This document shows positions 47,827-57,564 of a stretch of DNA of 64,000 bases, in pieces. Within the stretch, counting starts at the first letter, position 1; every line of letters starts with the position of its first letter. Both the position numbers and the translations under genes were made by a program. The stretch is taken from positions 5,724 to 69,723 of the forward strand of contig JAHDXH010000002.1 in the NCBI GenBank assembly GCA_023382875.1, read 5' to 3'. Below the pieces are notes generated by a model. It ran no database searches and was not told the DNA's origin. It was given only the letters and a program-made list of their open reading frames with translations. The DNA is from Patescibacteria group bacterium (GTDB taxonomy: Bacteria > Patescibacteriota > Microgenomatia > UBA1400 > PJMF01).

Positions 47827-48312
47827 ATGAGACATCGAGTTCAAAAAAACCATTTTAATCGCAATACAAACGAACGCAAAGCTTTACTCAAAAGTTTGCT
47901 GAGAAATTTGATCGAACAAGGTGAGATCGTCACTACTGACGGCAAAGCCAAAGAGATCAAAAGACTGATGGACAAATTGGTCTATAAAGCTAAAACTGAC
48001 ACAGTCGAAAACCGTCGTTTATTGCACAGAGTGTTTGGTCGACGCGATGTCGTTAACACTTTGTTTGTACGTGTTGCTCCAGCTATGAAAGAAAGAGTTT
48101 CCGGATTTACTTCTATTAGTAAAAACGGTTCTCGCCGAGGTGACAGTGCTCAAATGGTCACTTTGAAATTTGTTGCTGAGTATGATCGCACTGGAACTTT
48201 GAGTTCTGGCAAGACCTACGAAGCCAAAGCTGAAGCTAAGCCAGTGGCCAAAAAAGCACCTGCTAAAAAAGCTGAAGCACAAAAAGCGACAAAGAAAGTA
48301 GAGAAGAAATAA
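47827..48312 (+). CDS. rplQ: 50S ribosomal protein L17 (Lys/Ala-rich tail)
   Basis: L17 family sequence. Confidence 0.9.
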   Translation: MRHRVQKNHFNRNTNERKALLKSLLRNLIEQGEIVTTDGKAKEIKRLMDKLVYKAKTDTVENRRLLHRVFGRRDVVNTLFVRVAPAMKERVSGFTSISKNGSRRGDSAQMVTLKFVAEYDRTGTLSSGKTYEAKAEAKPVAKKAPAKKAEAQKATKKVEKK

Positions 48313-48313
48313 G

Positions 48314-48733
48314 ATGCAAAAAACCTACATGCAAAAAACAGCTGAGGTCAAGAGAGATTGGCATCTCATGGATGCTGAAGGTCAAATTCTTGGTCGCTTA
48401 GCTACTCAAATCGCAACCAAATTAATGGGTAAAAATAAACCAACCTACACCCCTCACATTGACGGTGGAGATTTTGTAGTTGTGATTAACGCTAGTAAAA
48501 TTGCTGTTACCGGTAAAAAAGAAACAGACAAAGAATACTTTAGATATTCAGGTTACCCAGGTGGTTTAAGAAGTTTGCCTTTAGGTAAACTCAGAGACAC
48601 CTACCCAACCAGAATCATCGAAGCTGCTGTTTATAATATGTTGCCTGACAACAAATTAAGATCTGGTCGTATGAATAGATTGAAAATCTATGCAGATGCC
48701 AATCACAAACACGAAAGTCAGCTTAAGAAATAA
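48314..48733 (+). CDS. rplM: 50S ribosomal protein L13
   Basis: L13 family sequence. Confidence 0.95.
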   Translation: MQKTYMQKTAEVKRDWHLMDAEGQILGRLATQIATKLMGKNKPTYTPHIDGGDFVVVINASKIAVTGKKETDKEYFRYSGYPGGLRSLPLGKLRDTYPTRIIEAAVYNMLPDNKLRSGRMNRLKIYADANHKHESQLKK

Positions 48734-48741
48734 TTCAAACT

Positions 48742-49254
48742 ATGGCAGTTAAATTAAGAAAAAACACTACAAAACAAAAAGTTGTCAAAAAAGTTCAGCC
48801 AACTAAAGTCAAAGTTGCTGGCAAAGCTGGTCAAGTTGCTCGATCAATGAAGACCCCAGCTGGCAATTACTTCGAAGGTATTGGTCGCCGCAAGGTTGCT
48901 ATTGCTAGAGTTCGTCTTTATGTCACTAAAGGTGATTTCTTGATCAATGGTTTGGCCGCTGGTCAATATTTTGATGAAGTGCCAAATGCATCTGCTTTAT
49001 ATAACAGACCATTGGTTGCCGCTAATCTTTTAGGTAATGTTTCTTTGACTGTTAAAGTTTCTGGCTCAGGTATTCGCTCTCAATTAGACGCTGTAGTTTT
49101 AGGTATTGCTCGTGCTTTGGTCAAATATGACCCAGAGCTCAAGACAGTTCTTAAGGCTGAAGGTCTGATGACTAGAGACGACAGAATGAAAGAAACCCGC
49201 AAAGTCGGTATGGGTGGTAAAGCCAGAAGATCTAGACAATCACCAAAACGTTAA
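48742..49254 (+). CDS. rpsI: 30S ribosomal protein S9 (with N-terminal basic extension)
   Basis: S9 core ending in ..KRSRQSPKR. Confidence 0.9.
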   Translation: MAVKLRKNTTKQKVVKKVQPTKVKVAGKAGQVARSMKTPAGNYFEGIGRRKVAIARVRLYVTKGDFLINGLAAGQYFDEVPNASALYNRPLVAANLLGNVSLTVKVSGSGIRSQLDAVVLGIARALVKYDPELKTVLKAEGLMTRDDRMKETRKVGMGGKARRSRQSPKR

Positions 49255-49277
49255 AACTAAGTTTAGAAAAAATGAAA

Positions 49278-49305
49278 TCCCAAGCCCAAAAGGCTTGGGA
49301 TTTTT
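49278..49305 (+). terminator. rho-independent terminator after rpsI (TCCCAAGCC-loop-GGCTTGGGA plus T5)
   Basis: 9-bp stem plus T-run. Confidence 0.75.
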
Positions 49306-49324
49306 GGTTCGTGTTATAATGAGT

Positions 49325-49492
49325 ATTGAAGTGGACAAAAATCAGTCATGGCAAATTGATTCCACTTTGTTAATTCGAAAAGAGGCAATGATTGTTCACA
49401 CAATTTTGCAAGTAGGGTGGAACCGCCCAAGAAGGGTCCCTACAAGGTATAAAAGTTATACTTTGTAGAGACTCTTTTTTTATTACTCTACA
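49325..49492 (+). promoter_or_regulatory. putative glycine T-box riboswitch leader of glyQS
   Basis: TGTTATAAT promoter (49313-49321). Stem-I-like hairpin with a GGC-A specifier (tcatGGCAaat). T-box-like element AGGGTGGAACCGCC. Long terminator hairpin (GTCCCTACAAGGTATA...TATACTTTGTAGAGAC) plus T7 just before the glyQS start. Confidence 0.55.
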
Positions 49493-49496
49493 CAGT

Positions 49497-50909
49497 GTGA
49501 AAGGTAAAATGTCTGAAGCAAAAATGCCGACTCTTGATGAAATTTCCGCTTTGGCTAAGCGCAGGGGATTTGTTTTTCCCACCTCAGAAATTTATGGTGG
49601 TTTAACTAGTTCCTACGACTATGGTCCAATGGGGAGTGAGCTTCTGAAAAACATCAAAGATTTGTGGTGGAAAAATTTCATTACTTTGAGATCTGATATG
49701 GTAGGTATTGATAGTCAGATCATGTTACACCCCCAAACTTGGGTAGCTTCTGGTCACGTCGGTTCTTTTGCTGATCCAATGGTCGAAGATTTGATTACCC
49801 ACAAAAGATTTAGAGCCGATCATTTGATTGAAGCGTTCATTGAGGGCAAGTCAGAATTTTCACAATTGGTAGTCGAAGATTTGACCATTGATGAAATGGC
49901 GAGCTTCTTAAGCGATAACAAAGTTAAAAGTCCAGATGGCAATCCACTAAGTGAGCCTAAAGCTTTTAACTTGCTTTTTGAAACTCAAATTGGTTCAGTG
50001 GCTGGAGAAAAAGCTAAAGTTTATTTGCGCGGTGAAACAGCACAGGGTATTTTTTCTAACTTCAAACAAGTTTTGAACTCAACCAGATTGCAATTGCCAT
50101 TTGGTATTGGTCAGGTTGGTAAAAGTTTTAGAAATGAGATCACAACTGGTCAATTTATTTTTAGAACATTGGAGTTCGAACAAGGTGAAATTGAATACTT
50201 TTTCAATCCAAATCAATCTAACTGGGAAGAGTTGTTCGAAAAATGGCAAGACGATATGATGAGTTTTTTGACCGATACCCTTGGTTTCAAGTCAGAAAAC
50301 TTACGTTGGCGTCGTCACACTGATAAAGAACGCTCTTTCTATTCTAAAGATACTTATGACATTGATTTTAATTTCCCCTTTGGTTGGAAAGAACTGTGGG
50401 GATTGGCTTATCGTACCGATTACGATTTGAAACAGCATATTCAGCACTCGGGTGAGGCTTTGGATTACACCGACCCACACACTGGTGAAAAAATTGTACC
50501 TCACGTGATCGAACCAGCGGTTGGTATTAATCGTTTGGTTTTGGCTGCCTTAATCAATGCTTACTGGTTTGATGAGGCAAATAATCGCACTGTTTTGAGA
50601 TTAAACCCACGTTTGGCTCCATATAAGGCTGCAATTTTCCCGTTGCTCAAAAATAAGCCAGAATTAGTGGCAAAAGCTAAAGAGGTCTTTGATAAATTGG
50701 CCAAAAAATATGCTGTGACTTGGGATGATCGGGGCAATATTGGTAAAAGATATTTGTACCAGGATGAAATTGGTACCCCATTCTGTTTAACTATCGATTT
50801 TGAATCACTTGAGGATGAGGCTGTGACAGTGCGCAATCGCGACACCACTACTCAAGAAAGAATCAAGATTGCTGACCTTGAGAGTTATCTCGCGAATGTG
50901 TTAAATTAA
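49497..50909 (+). CDS. glyQS: glycyl-tRNA synthetase, homodimeric archaeal/eukaryal-like class II type
   Basis: RRGFVFPTSEIYGG..YDYGP N-terminal signature and class II motifs. Confidence 0.9.
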   Translation: MKGKMSEAKMPTLDEISALAKRRGFVFPTSEIYGGLTSSYDYGPMGSELLKNIKDLWWKNFITLRSDMVGIDSQIMLHPQTWVASGHVGSFADPMVEDLITHKRFRADHLIEAFIEGKSEFSQLVVEDLTIDEMASFLSDNKVKSPDGNPLSEPKAFNLLFETQIGSVAGEKAKVYLRGETAQGIFSNFKQVLNSTRLQLPFGIGQVGKSFRNEITTGQFIFRTLEFEQGEIEYFFNPNQSNWEELFEKWQDDMMSFLTDTLGFKSENLRWRRHTDKERSFYSKDTYDIDFNFPFGWKELWGLAYRTDYDLKQHIQHSGEALDYTDPHTGEKIVPHVIEPAVGINRLVLAALINAYWFDEANNRTVLRLNPRLAPYKAAIFPLLKNKPELVAKAKEVFDKLAKKYAVTWDDRGNIGKRYLYQDEIGTPFCLTIDFESLEDEAVTVRNRDTTTQERIKIADLESYLANVLN

Positions 50910-50928
50910 GGAGTACATTTTTAATCCT

Positions 50929-51726
50929 ATGAAAAACAAAAAATTCTTGATTATCGGCGCTATTGTTTTACTTTTGGTGGTTGGCGGAGTTTTTGCTATG
51001 AAAATGACAAGCAAAAAACCAACAACTGATCAAACCACACAAAAAAAGAAAACAGTTTTGGAGCCAAAAAACATCCTTGAGTTTGCACTCAGACCTTATA
51101 TTAAGCTGACTCCAACTGCAGATGGTCACAACTTAGAAATTGCTATCGTCGATGTCAAAAAGCCAGCCACCGAAGTTGAGTATGAATTGGAATATCAATC
51201 AGGAACTTTGTTGCAGGGTTTCCAAGAAGTGATCAAGCTTGATAGCTTGCCAGCTAAAACTACCAAATTATTTGGTTCTAAGTCTGCTGGTGGTGCTGTT
51301 ACTTATCATGAAGATATCAAGGGTGGAAGTTTGCAGGCTCGCTTTATTGGTCAGGAAAATTACGTTTTAAAGCAAGATTGGCGTTACTTTGATAATAAAG
51401 ATAAGGCCACTGAATTTTCATCAAAGGATGCAAAGTTCCAAATTACTTCTCTTGATTTGAAAACTAATCGTTTGTTGATTGTTTACAATACACCTGGTAT
51501 TCCAGCTGGTTTGGACAAAACACCAGTTTCTGATCCGTATTCATTGACTTCAGCTACCACTCTCAAAGGTGAGGCCACTGTTAGTATCAGAGCTAATGAA
51601 GAGGGCGAGTTGGCAATTTGGGGCTTTGATGGCACTAAATGGACCAATCTAGGTGGTCAAGTTGATGGTAAGTTAGTAACAGTCAATAAAGCTCCTTTGA
51701 TGGAACTCTATATTGTAGCTAGGTAA
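50929..51726 (+). CDS. membrane-anchored hypothetical protein (265 aa, beta-rich ectodomain)
   Basis: N-terminal TM anchor; no recognised motif. Confidence 0.6.
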   Translation: MKNKKFLIIGAIVLLLVVGGVFAMKMTSKKPTTDQTTQKKKTVLEPKNILEFALRPYIKLTPTADGHNLEIAIVDVKKPATEVEYELEYQSGTLLQGFQEVIKLDSLPAKTTKLFGSKSAGGAVTYHEDIKGGSLQARFIGQENYVLKQDWRYFDNKDKATEFSSKDAKFQITSLDLKTNRLLIVYNTPGIPAGLDKTPVSDPYSLTSATTLKGEATVSIRANEEGELAIWGFDGTKWTNLGGQVDGKLVTVNKAPLMELYIVAR

Positions 51727-51730
51727 AAAT

Positions 51731-52306
51731 ATGAGCAGAGGTATTCGTAAAATCGGTGAGTTTTTTTTGGACATCATTGAAACAGTAGTGATCGCTTTGT
51801 CAATTTTCTTGGTTGTCTATTTGTTTTTTATGCAACCACACCAAGTGAATGGTCAATCGATGGTGCCAAATTTCCAAAGCGGCGAATATGTTTTGACTGA
51901 CAAAGTTTCATATAAAATGAGAAATCCAGATAAGGGTGAAGTAGTGGTTTTCCACGCCCCTAAAGCCGCACACTGCCCAGAGGGCACGGGCTGTGACTAC
52001 ATCAAAAGAGTCATTGCTTTGCCAGGAGAAACTATTTCTTTGAGTGATAGTACTTATTACGTTAATGGAGAACCTGTCAAAGAAAGTTATATTCCTAGTG
52101 ACTTCGAAACTTTGCCAGGTGATTTTATTAGAGGTAGAACTGTCACTTTGGGTCCCGATGAATACTTTGTTTCTGGCGATAATAGACCATACTCCAGTGA
52201 TTCAAGAGCTTGGGGTCCAATCAGCAAATCAGATATTGTAGGTAGAGCATTCTTTAGATATTGGCCACCACAAAAGTCTGGTCCAATCAACAAAGCTACC
52301 TACTAA
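51731..52306 (+). CDS. lepB: signal peptidase I
   Basis: GQSMVP (catalytic Ser box) and YFVSGDNRPYSSDSRAWGPI (box E) motifs. Confidence 0.85.
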   Translation: MSRGIRKIGEFFLDIIETVVIALSIFLVVYLFFMQPHQVNGQSMVPNFQSGEYVLTDKVSYKMRNPDKGEVVVFHAPKAAHCPEGTGCDYIKRVIALPGETISLSDSTYYVNGEPVKESYIPSDFETLPGDFIRGRTVTLGPDEYFVSGDNRPYSSDSRAWGPISKSDIVGRAFFRYWPPQKSGPINKATY

Positions 52307-52308
52307 AT

Positions 52309-53535
52309 ATGGGATATACGCGCAACGCTATTGAAGGTTTTTCTTTTCAGACCTTTTTAAAAATTGCTACGGCGGTAGTGGCAATTGCGAAATGGGCGGT
52401 AATCGCGCGTGTTTTAACTCCAGAAACAATTGGTCTTTTTTCCTTGGTCACTATTAGTCTTGGCGTTACTGAAGCTACTACTCAAACCGGTGTTAACCTC
52501 ACTATTGTTCGGTCAAAGCAATCGGTTAAATACTTTCTTGACTCAGCTTGGGTAATTGCCATTATTCGCGGCTTGGTGATTGGTGTAGTCATGATCTTGT
52601 TAGGCTTTGTTTTAAGTAAATTTTTTGACCAACCTGAGCTATTGATTTTGGTTTGTTTGACTGCCTTAGTGCCCGTGATTAAAGGATTTATTAATCCAAG
52701 CATCATTGAATTGCAAAAGGAACTTAAATTTTTTCATGACGCGTCTTTTCGTTTATTGGTGACCTTAAGTGAAGCTGCTTTTTCTATTGTGGTGGCTTTA
52801 TTAACCAAATCAATTTTTGCTTTGATCGGTGCAATGGTTTTTTCTGCCTTAGTTGAAGTTGTGATTTCTTTCATTTTTTTCAAAAATCGTCCTCGATTTG
52901 TTTATCAAAAATCGCGAGCTGAGGAAATTCTTCACGGTGCTAAATGGCTTAGTTTTTCTGCACTTTTTGATTACTTGAATGAAAATTTGGACAATTTTTT
53001 AATCGGAAAACTGTCTGGTGTGAGGAATTTAGGTCTTTATCATAATGCTTATGCATTTGCACACCGTGTTAATTATGATCAAGCCAAGTCGGTAACGCAT
53101 GGAACTTTGCCTATTTACTCAAAGTTGCAAAATAATCCTTCAAGACTAATGCGGGCTTTTATGAAAGCCACTTTGAGCACAATGGTTTTTGTCACTGCTG
53201 TTTCTGTGCCACTGTTACTTTTCCCTGAATTCTTTGTTAATTTGTTGTTGGGCGAACAATGGCTGGAAATTTCTGGGTTTTTGCATTGGTTAGTTTTGGC
53301 CGGCATTATTCAAAGTTTTTCTGCCCTTTGTTACAGTTTAATGATGGCAAAAAAAGCCTATTCTATGGTCAATTTGCACTTAGCTAGTTCTGTTTTTCTG
53401 ATGGCAGTTTTGGTCTTTTTCATGAGCAAGAGCGGAGGGCTCTCTGGGGCTTCATTTGCAATATTTATATCAAGGCTTGTCAACGTTCCAATCTTAATTT
53501 GGCAAATTATTCAGATCAAAAATGAAAATCAGTAA
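52309..53535 (+). CDS. MOP-superfamily polysaccharide/oligosaccharide flippase (Wzx-like)
   Basis: 12-14 predicted helices and flippase-like composition; start moved to the ATG at 52309. Confidence 0.65.
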   Translation: MGYTRNAIEGFSFQTFLKIATAVVAIAKWAVIARVLTPETIGLFSLVTISLGVTEATTQTGVNLTIVRSKQSVKYFLDSAWVIAIIRGLVIGVVMILLGFVLSKFFDQPELLILVCLTALVPVIKGFINPSIIELQKELKFFHDASFRLLVTLSEAAFSIVVALLTKSIFALIGAMVFSALVEVVISFIFFKNRPRFVYQKSRAEEILHGAKWLSFSALFDYLNENLDNFLIGKLSGVRNLGLYHNAYAFAHRVNYDQAKSVTHGTLPIYSKLQNNPSRLMRAFMKATLSTMVFVTAVSVPLLLFPEFFVNLLLGEQWLEISGFLHWLVLAGIIQSFSALCYSLMMAKKAYSMVNLHLASSVFLMAVLVFFMSKSGGLSGASFAIFISRLVNVPILIWQIIQIKNENQ

Positions 53536-54958
53536 ACTGATCAAAGACAATCTTCTCTTAATTTTAATTTTTTTAGTGGCCACAATCATTAGAACTTGGG
53601 ATTTATCCAACACGGCAATTTTTTTTGATGACGCTGGACACGATTTGTTGATTGCAGGGCGGTCATTGGAAGAAAAAAGCTTGCCTTTGCTCGGCATTGC
53701 TTCTAGCGTGCCTCGCTTCAAACAAGGTCCGATTACTATTTGGTACGAGATGTTTTTAATCAAAGTTTTTGGAGAAAATTTGACTTTAATTACCCTTGGT
53801 TTCGTGGCTTTATCTCTAATAAGCTTGGTGTTGGTTTATGAATTTTGTGACCGTTATTTGAGTAAGAGAATTTCTATGATTGCAACATATTTAATGGCAC
53901 TTTCACCATTTGCCATTGCTCAAGCTCGTATGCCATATCATACCAATCCAATTCCTTTGGCTACGGTTTTATTTTTGTTTTCACTGGTTAGACTTTATCA
54001 AAAAAAAGAACACTCTTTGTTTTGGGCTGTTTTGGCATGGGCGTTTTTATTCCAATTTGAGCTAGCAGTTTTTCCCACTTTATTAGTTATTCCTTGGGTG
54101 TTGTATCGAACCAAACAGTTAGGTTTTTCATGGGCAAAAATTCGTCAGGTAGTTTTTGGTATTTTTATTGGCCTTTTGCCACAAATTATTTATGATTTGA
54201 CTCATCGTTTTTCTCAACTGGGGTTATTTATAGTTTGGGTGGGTTATAGACTAGTCAGCTTATTTGGAGGTGAGCACAGTTTTTCTGGCGACAAGGTGGT
54301 TGGAACGCTAACGAGTTTCGCTAAGTACGGAGGTAGAATTTTTTCTACAGATAATTTGCTGATTGGTTTGATAGCGTTAGGTTTAATAATTTATGCTGTA
54401 GTAGTTTTGGTTAAGCAATTTAAAAAGAAAAAAATTGAACCAGCTATGGAGGTGATTTTAGTTTTTGGTTCGGTTTTGTGTTTGGGCTACTTTTTGCACG
54501 GCAGTCCATCAGAAGCCTACTTTCCACCGCTAATTGTGGTTTTGCCACTTTTGGTGTCGTTTATTCTTAATCATATTTTCAAAAATAAAAGTGCATTTTT
54601 AACAGCAGTACTTTTGGTTTGGGGTTTAATCAATATTCGCTCAGTTTTTGCTCATCGTTTGTTTGTTAGCAATTCACAATCATTTTCATATGGTTGCTCG
54701 ATTAAAAATCAGCGCCAGATGGTTGATTTTATTACCAATCAATCACATGGTGATTTTAAATTTGATACAACTAGAGATATGAGAAAATTCGCTGCAACCT
54801 TTGACAATTTACGTTGGTTGGCAAAAGAAAATTCTGCATCAGAGAATAGTCAGTCTAAAAAAGTTTTTTACATTGAAGGTAATAATTCGCCATTGCTTTT
54901 GGAAACTGAAATCAAAGTGAGGCATTTTGGTTGTAGTGATATTTACTTCTATGAGTAG
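53522..54958 (+). CDS. GT-C-fold membrane glycosyltransferase (ArnT/PMT-like)
   Basis: Polytopic N-terminus with an FFDDAGHD acidic loop motif near TM1 and a large C-terminal soluble region. Confidence 0.65.
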   Translation: MKISKLIKDNLLLILIFLVATIIRTWDLSNTAIFFDDAGHDLLIAGRSLEEKSLPLLGIASSVPRFKQGPITIWYEMFLIKVFGENLTLITLGFVALSLISLVLVYEFCDRYLSKRISMIATYLMALSPFAIAQARMPYHTNPIPLATVLFLFSLVRLYQKKEHSLFWAVLAWAFLFQFELAVFPTLLVIPWVLYRTKQLGFSWAKIRQVVFGIFIGLLPQIIYDLTHRFSQLGLFIVWVGYRLVSLFGGEHSFSGDKVVGTLTSFAKYGGRIFSTDNLLIGLIALGLIIYAVVVLVKQFKKKKIEPAMEVILVFGSVLCLGYFLHGSPSEAYFPPLIVVLPLLVSFILNHIFKNKSAFLTAVLLVWGLINIRSVFAHRLFVSNSQSFSYGCSIKNQRQMVDFITNQSHGDFKFDTTRDMRKFAATFDNLRWLAKENSASENSQSKKVFYIEGNNSPLLLETEIKVRHFGCSDIYFYE

Positions 54959-55676
54959 CAAATTACCTTTGAGTGCAATTGTCATTGCCAATAGAAAAGG
55001 AAATAATCCAGTTTTACCTAAAGTTTTGGATTCACTCTCCCAAGCAGAACAAATTATTGTTTTTGATACCGGTGATCAGCCAATTGAAGATTTTGCCAAA
55101 GTTAGAAATGAAGCCTTGCTTAAAGCCAACCAAGAATATGTTTTGTTTGTTGATTCCGATGAGGTTTTAACTAAATCATCTTGGACAGAAATTAAAAAAA
55201 TTGTGTCTGATCAGCAAGCTGATTTAGTCAGTATTTTGAGATCTGATATTTTTTTGGGTAAAGAATTATTGGGTGGTGAGGCTGCCAATCAAAGATTAGT
55301 GAGAATGGGTAAGAAAGATAAAATAAAGTTTATTAGGCCAGTTCACGAGATCGTAGTTGTAGACAAAGATGCTCAGTTGTTAACTAGTAATATAAAATTA
55401 TTGCACCACTCTCACCCTGATATTTTCTCTTTTTTTCAAAAAGTTTCTTTTTACTCTTTTATTGATGCGGTAGTGAGAAAAGAAAATGATGATTTTTATT
55501 TGATTAGTTCGATGCTTTTTTTCCCACCTTTGAAATTTATCTTTAACTGGACGGTGATGGGTGGTTATAAAGATGGGATGAGGGGTTTGGTGTATGTGGT
55601 TTTGATGTCACTTCATTCCTTTTTTGTGCGGGTCAATGGTTGGGAGCTAAGACATCGCCAAAAAATGGTAAGATAA
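54951..55676 (+). CDS. GT2-like glycosyltransferase (short)
   Basis: IIVFDTGD and VDSDE (DxD) motifs; ATGAGTAG start/stop overlap with the preceding gene. Confidence 0.55.
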   Translation: MSSKLPLSAIVIANRKGNNPVLPKVLDSLSQAEQIIVFDTGDQPIEDFAKVRNEALLKANQEYVLFVDSDEVLTKSSWTEIKKIVSDQQADLVSILRSDIFLGKELLGGEAANQRLVRMGKKDKIKFIRPVHEIVVVDKDAQLLTSNIKLLHHSHPDIFSFFQKVSFYSFIDAVVRKENDDFYLISSMLFFPPLKFIFNWTVMGGYKDGMRGLVYVVLMSLHSFFVRVNGWELRHRQKMVR

Positions 55677-55679
55677 ATT

Positions 55680-56246
55680 ATGGCTCTACTTAAGAGAAAA
55701 ACAGTTTTGGCCTTACTTTTTGTTTTAGCTATTTTAGTCGGACTTGGAATTTCCTTTTTACCTAGTTTATTTGTCAAAACAGTTAATTCTCAAAAACAAC
55801 TTGAAATAGTAACAATTGATTATCACAGCAGTTTGGACTTTGGCTTGGCCAACCAAAAGAAATTAGATGAATTGATGAATGTTTTCTCTGATCTTATTTT
55901 CAACCATGGTTACCATAAAATTAGCATTATTTTTACCGATGCAACTCAACCCAATAAAATCTTTTGGATGAATAAAAAAAATAAGATGATTAACCATCTT
56001 GGGTATGGTGTTCAAGTTAATGGCACGAGTTTGGACATTTATCTTTACAACAATTGGAGCGCGTTGAGCGAAAGTGGCTGGGGAGCTGAAAAAATCCAGC
56101 GTGAAAATGAATTGCTTTTGATAAGGGCGTTGTTAAGCCATAGGTTGCAAACACCAAAGGTTCCCACACAACAAATTAAAGACACATATTTAGTTTTGCA
56201 CAAATCATATCCAGAGCCATTATTTTATTTAAACTATGCGTTATAA
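55680..56246 (+). CDS. membrane-anchored hypothetical protein (188 aa)
   Basis: N-terminal TM helix; no recognised motif. Confidence 0.5.
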   Translation: MALLKRKTVLALLFVLAILVGLGISFLPSLFVKTVNSQKQLEIVTIDYHSSLDFGLANQKKLDELMNVFSDLIFNHGYHKISIIFTDATQPNKIFWMNKKNKMINHLGYGVQVNGTSLDIYLYNNWSALSESGWGAEKIQRENELLLIRALLSHRLQTPKVPTQQIKDTYLVLHKSYPEPLFYLNYAL

Positions 56247-57564
56247 AGCTTTTCAACTATCGCTATTTTTCTTTTTAGGAGGGTGGTTTTTGACTAATGT
56301 TACAAGTGTGCAAGCTGTTTGTAACAACCAAATAACAATTTATTATCCAACGGGTTGTGAATCTATTTGTTTACCAGAAGATGGGGAAAGCTGCGTTGAA
56401 TGCAGTACATATGAGGCTTGTATTGGTGATGATGATGAGCCGCCTGCCAATTATGATGGCTATTGTTATAGTGAAGGTGGTTGTGCTTGCGCTGACGGAT
56501 CGGTTGTTACCTACAACCAATATTGTGCCGACCCAGACCCAAATAGTTGTGGCAATGGTCTTTGTGATAGCAGCGAAAGTTGCGGTGACTGCTCGAGCGA
56601 CTGTGGAACTTGTAGCGAGTGGCCAGTTTGCGGTGATTCGATGTGTACTGGCTTTGAATCATGTTTAACTTGTCAGAATGACTGCGGTACGTGTGTCTTG
56701 GAAAGCGGGAGTTGGTGGCAGGTTCGAGGTGGTTTAGTTGGTTCTAACACTGAGTCTGGAATTGCGATCAAATCAAAAGTGCCTGTGCAAACTTGTACTC
56801 CTCCTGATTGTGACCCATCATTAATGGCAACAGATTGGAGTGGGCAGGCAGAAACAGCTGGCTATGTTTTGACTTTGGGTGGCTCATTAAAAGTTAATGG
56901 CGGTGTAACTAGCGGCTCAACTAATATTTTTTCTATTGGTACTGGTCAATCACGCTTTTATGAATATTATGAGTTTTTCTACCGTCTGGCAGATTTCGGC
57001 TTGAATCCGGAAGACAATTTTTATTCAAGCTATGCCAATGCTCAAAAACCTAATTACGATCCAAATAAAACAGCCTATTACCGTAATGGTGATTTGACTA
57101 TTAACTCACCATGGTCGGTGGCGAGTGATGAAAGTTATATTATTTTTGTAAATGGTGATTTGTATTTGAGTGATGGCAATGGCTTGAGCGATCACTTGAT
57201 TGATGTTGAGCCCGGTGGTTTTTTAGGCTTTATTGTCAAAAATAACTTATATGTTGAAGAAAGTTTGGGTAACTCTGACTTGAATAGTTTGACAGCCAAT
57301 GTTGAAGGTGTGTTTGTGGTAAATGGTCAAATCAACATCCAAAGTCGAGGCTCGTCTGCTGGTGGTGACGATCGTTTTATTGGCGAGGGCACATTCATTG
57401 GTTGGCAAGGTGTTAATTTGGAACGTGATTTCGATGATGGCGCTGGTAGGGCAGAAGAAAACAAAGATAAGCCTACCGAGTTGTTCGTTTATCGACCAGA
57501 CTTTATGGTAAACTTGCCCGACTTACTCAGAAATTCACCGCAAATATGGCAACAAGTGCAATAG
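56236..57564 (+). CDS. secreted cysteine-rich repeat protein with C-terminal beta-rich domain
   Basis: Signal peptide; tandem 22-aa modules CGNGLCDSSESCGDCSSDCGTC / CGDSMCTGFESCLTCQNDCGTC (six Cys each) preceded by another Cys-rich stretch. Confidence 0.6.
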   Translation: MRYKAFQLSLFFFLGGWFLTNVTSVQAVCNNQITIYYPTGCESICLPEDGESCVECSTYEACIGDDDEPPANYDGYCYSEGGCACADGSVVTYNQYCADPDPNSCGNGLCDSSESCGDCSSDCGTCSEWPVCGDSMCTGFESCLTCQNDCGTCVLESGSWWQVRGGLVGSNTESGIAIKSKVPVQTCTPPDCDPSLMATDWSGQAETAGYVLTLGGSLKVNGGVTSGSTNIFSIGTGQSRFYEYYEFFYRLADFGLNPEDNFYSSYANAQKPNYDPNKTAYYRNGDLTINSPWSVASDESYIIFVNGDLYLSDGNGLSDHLIDVEPGGFLGFIVKNNLYVEESLGNSDLNSLTANVEGVFVVNGQINIQSRGSSAGGDDRFIGEGTFIGWQGVNLERDFDDGAGRAEENKDKPTELFVYRPDFMVNLPDLLRNSPQIWQQVQ

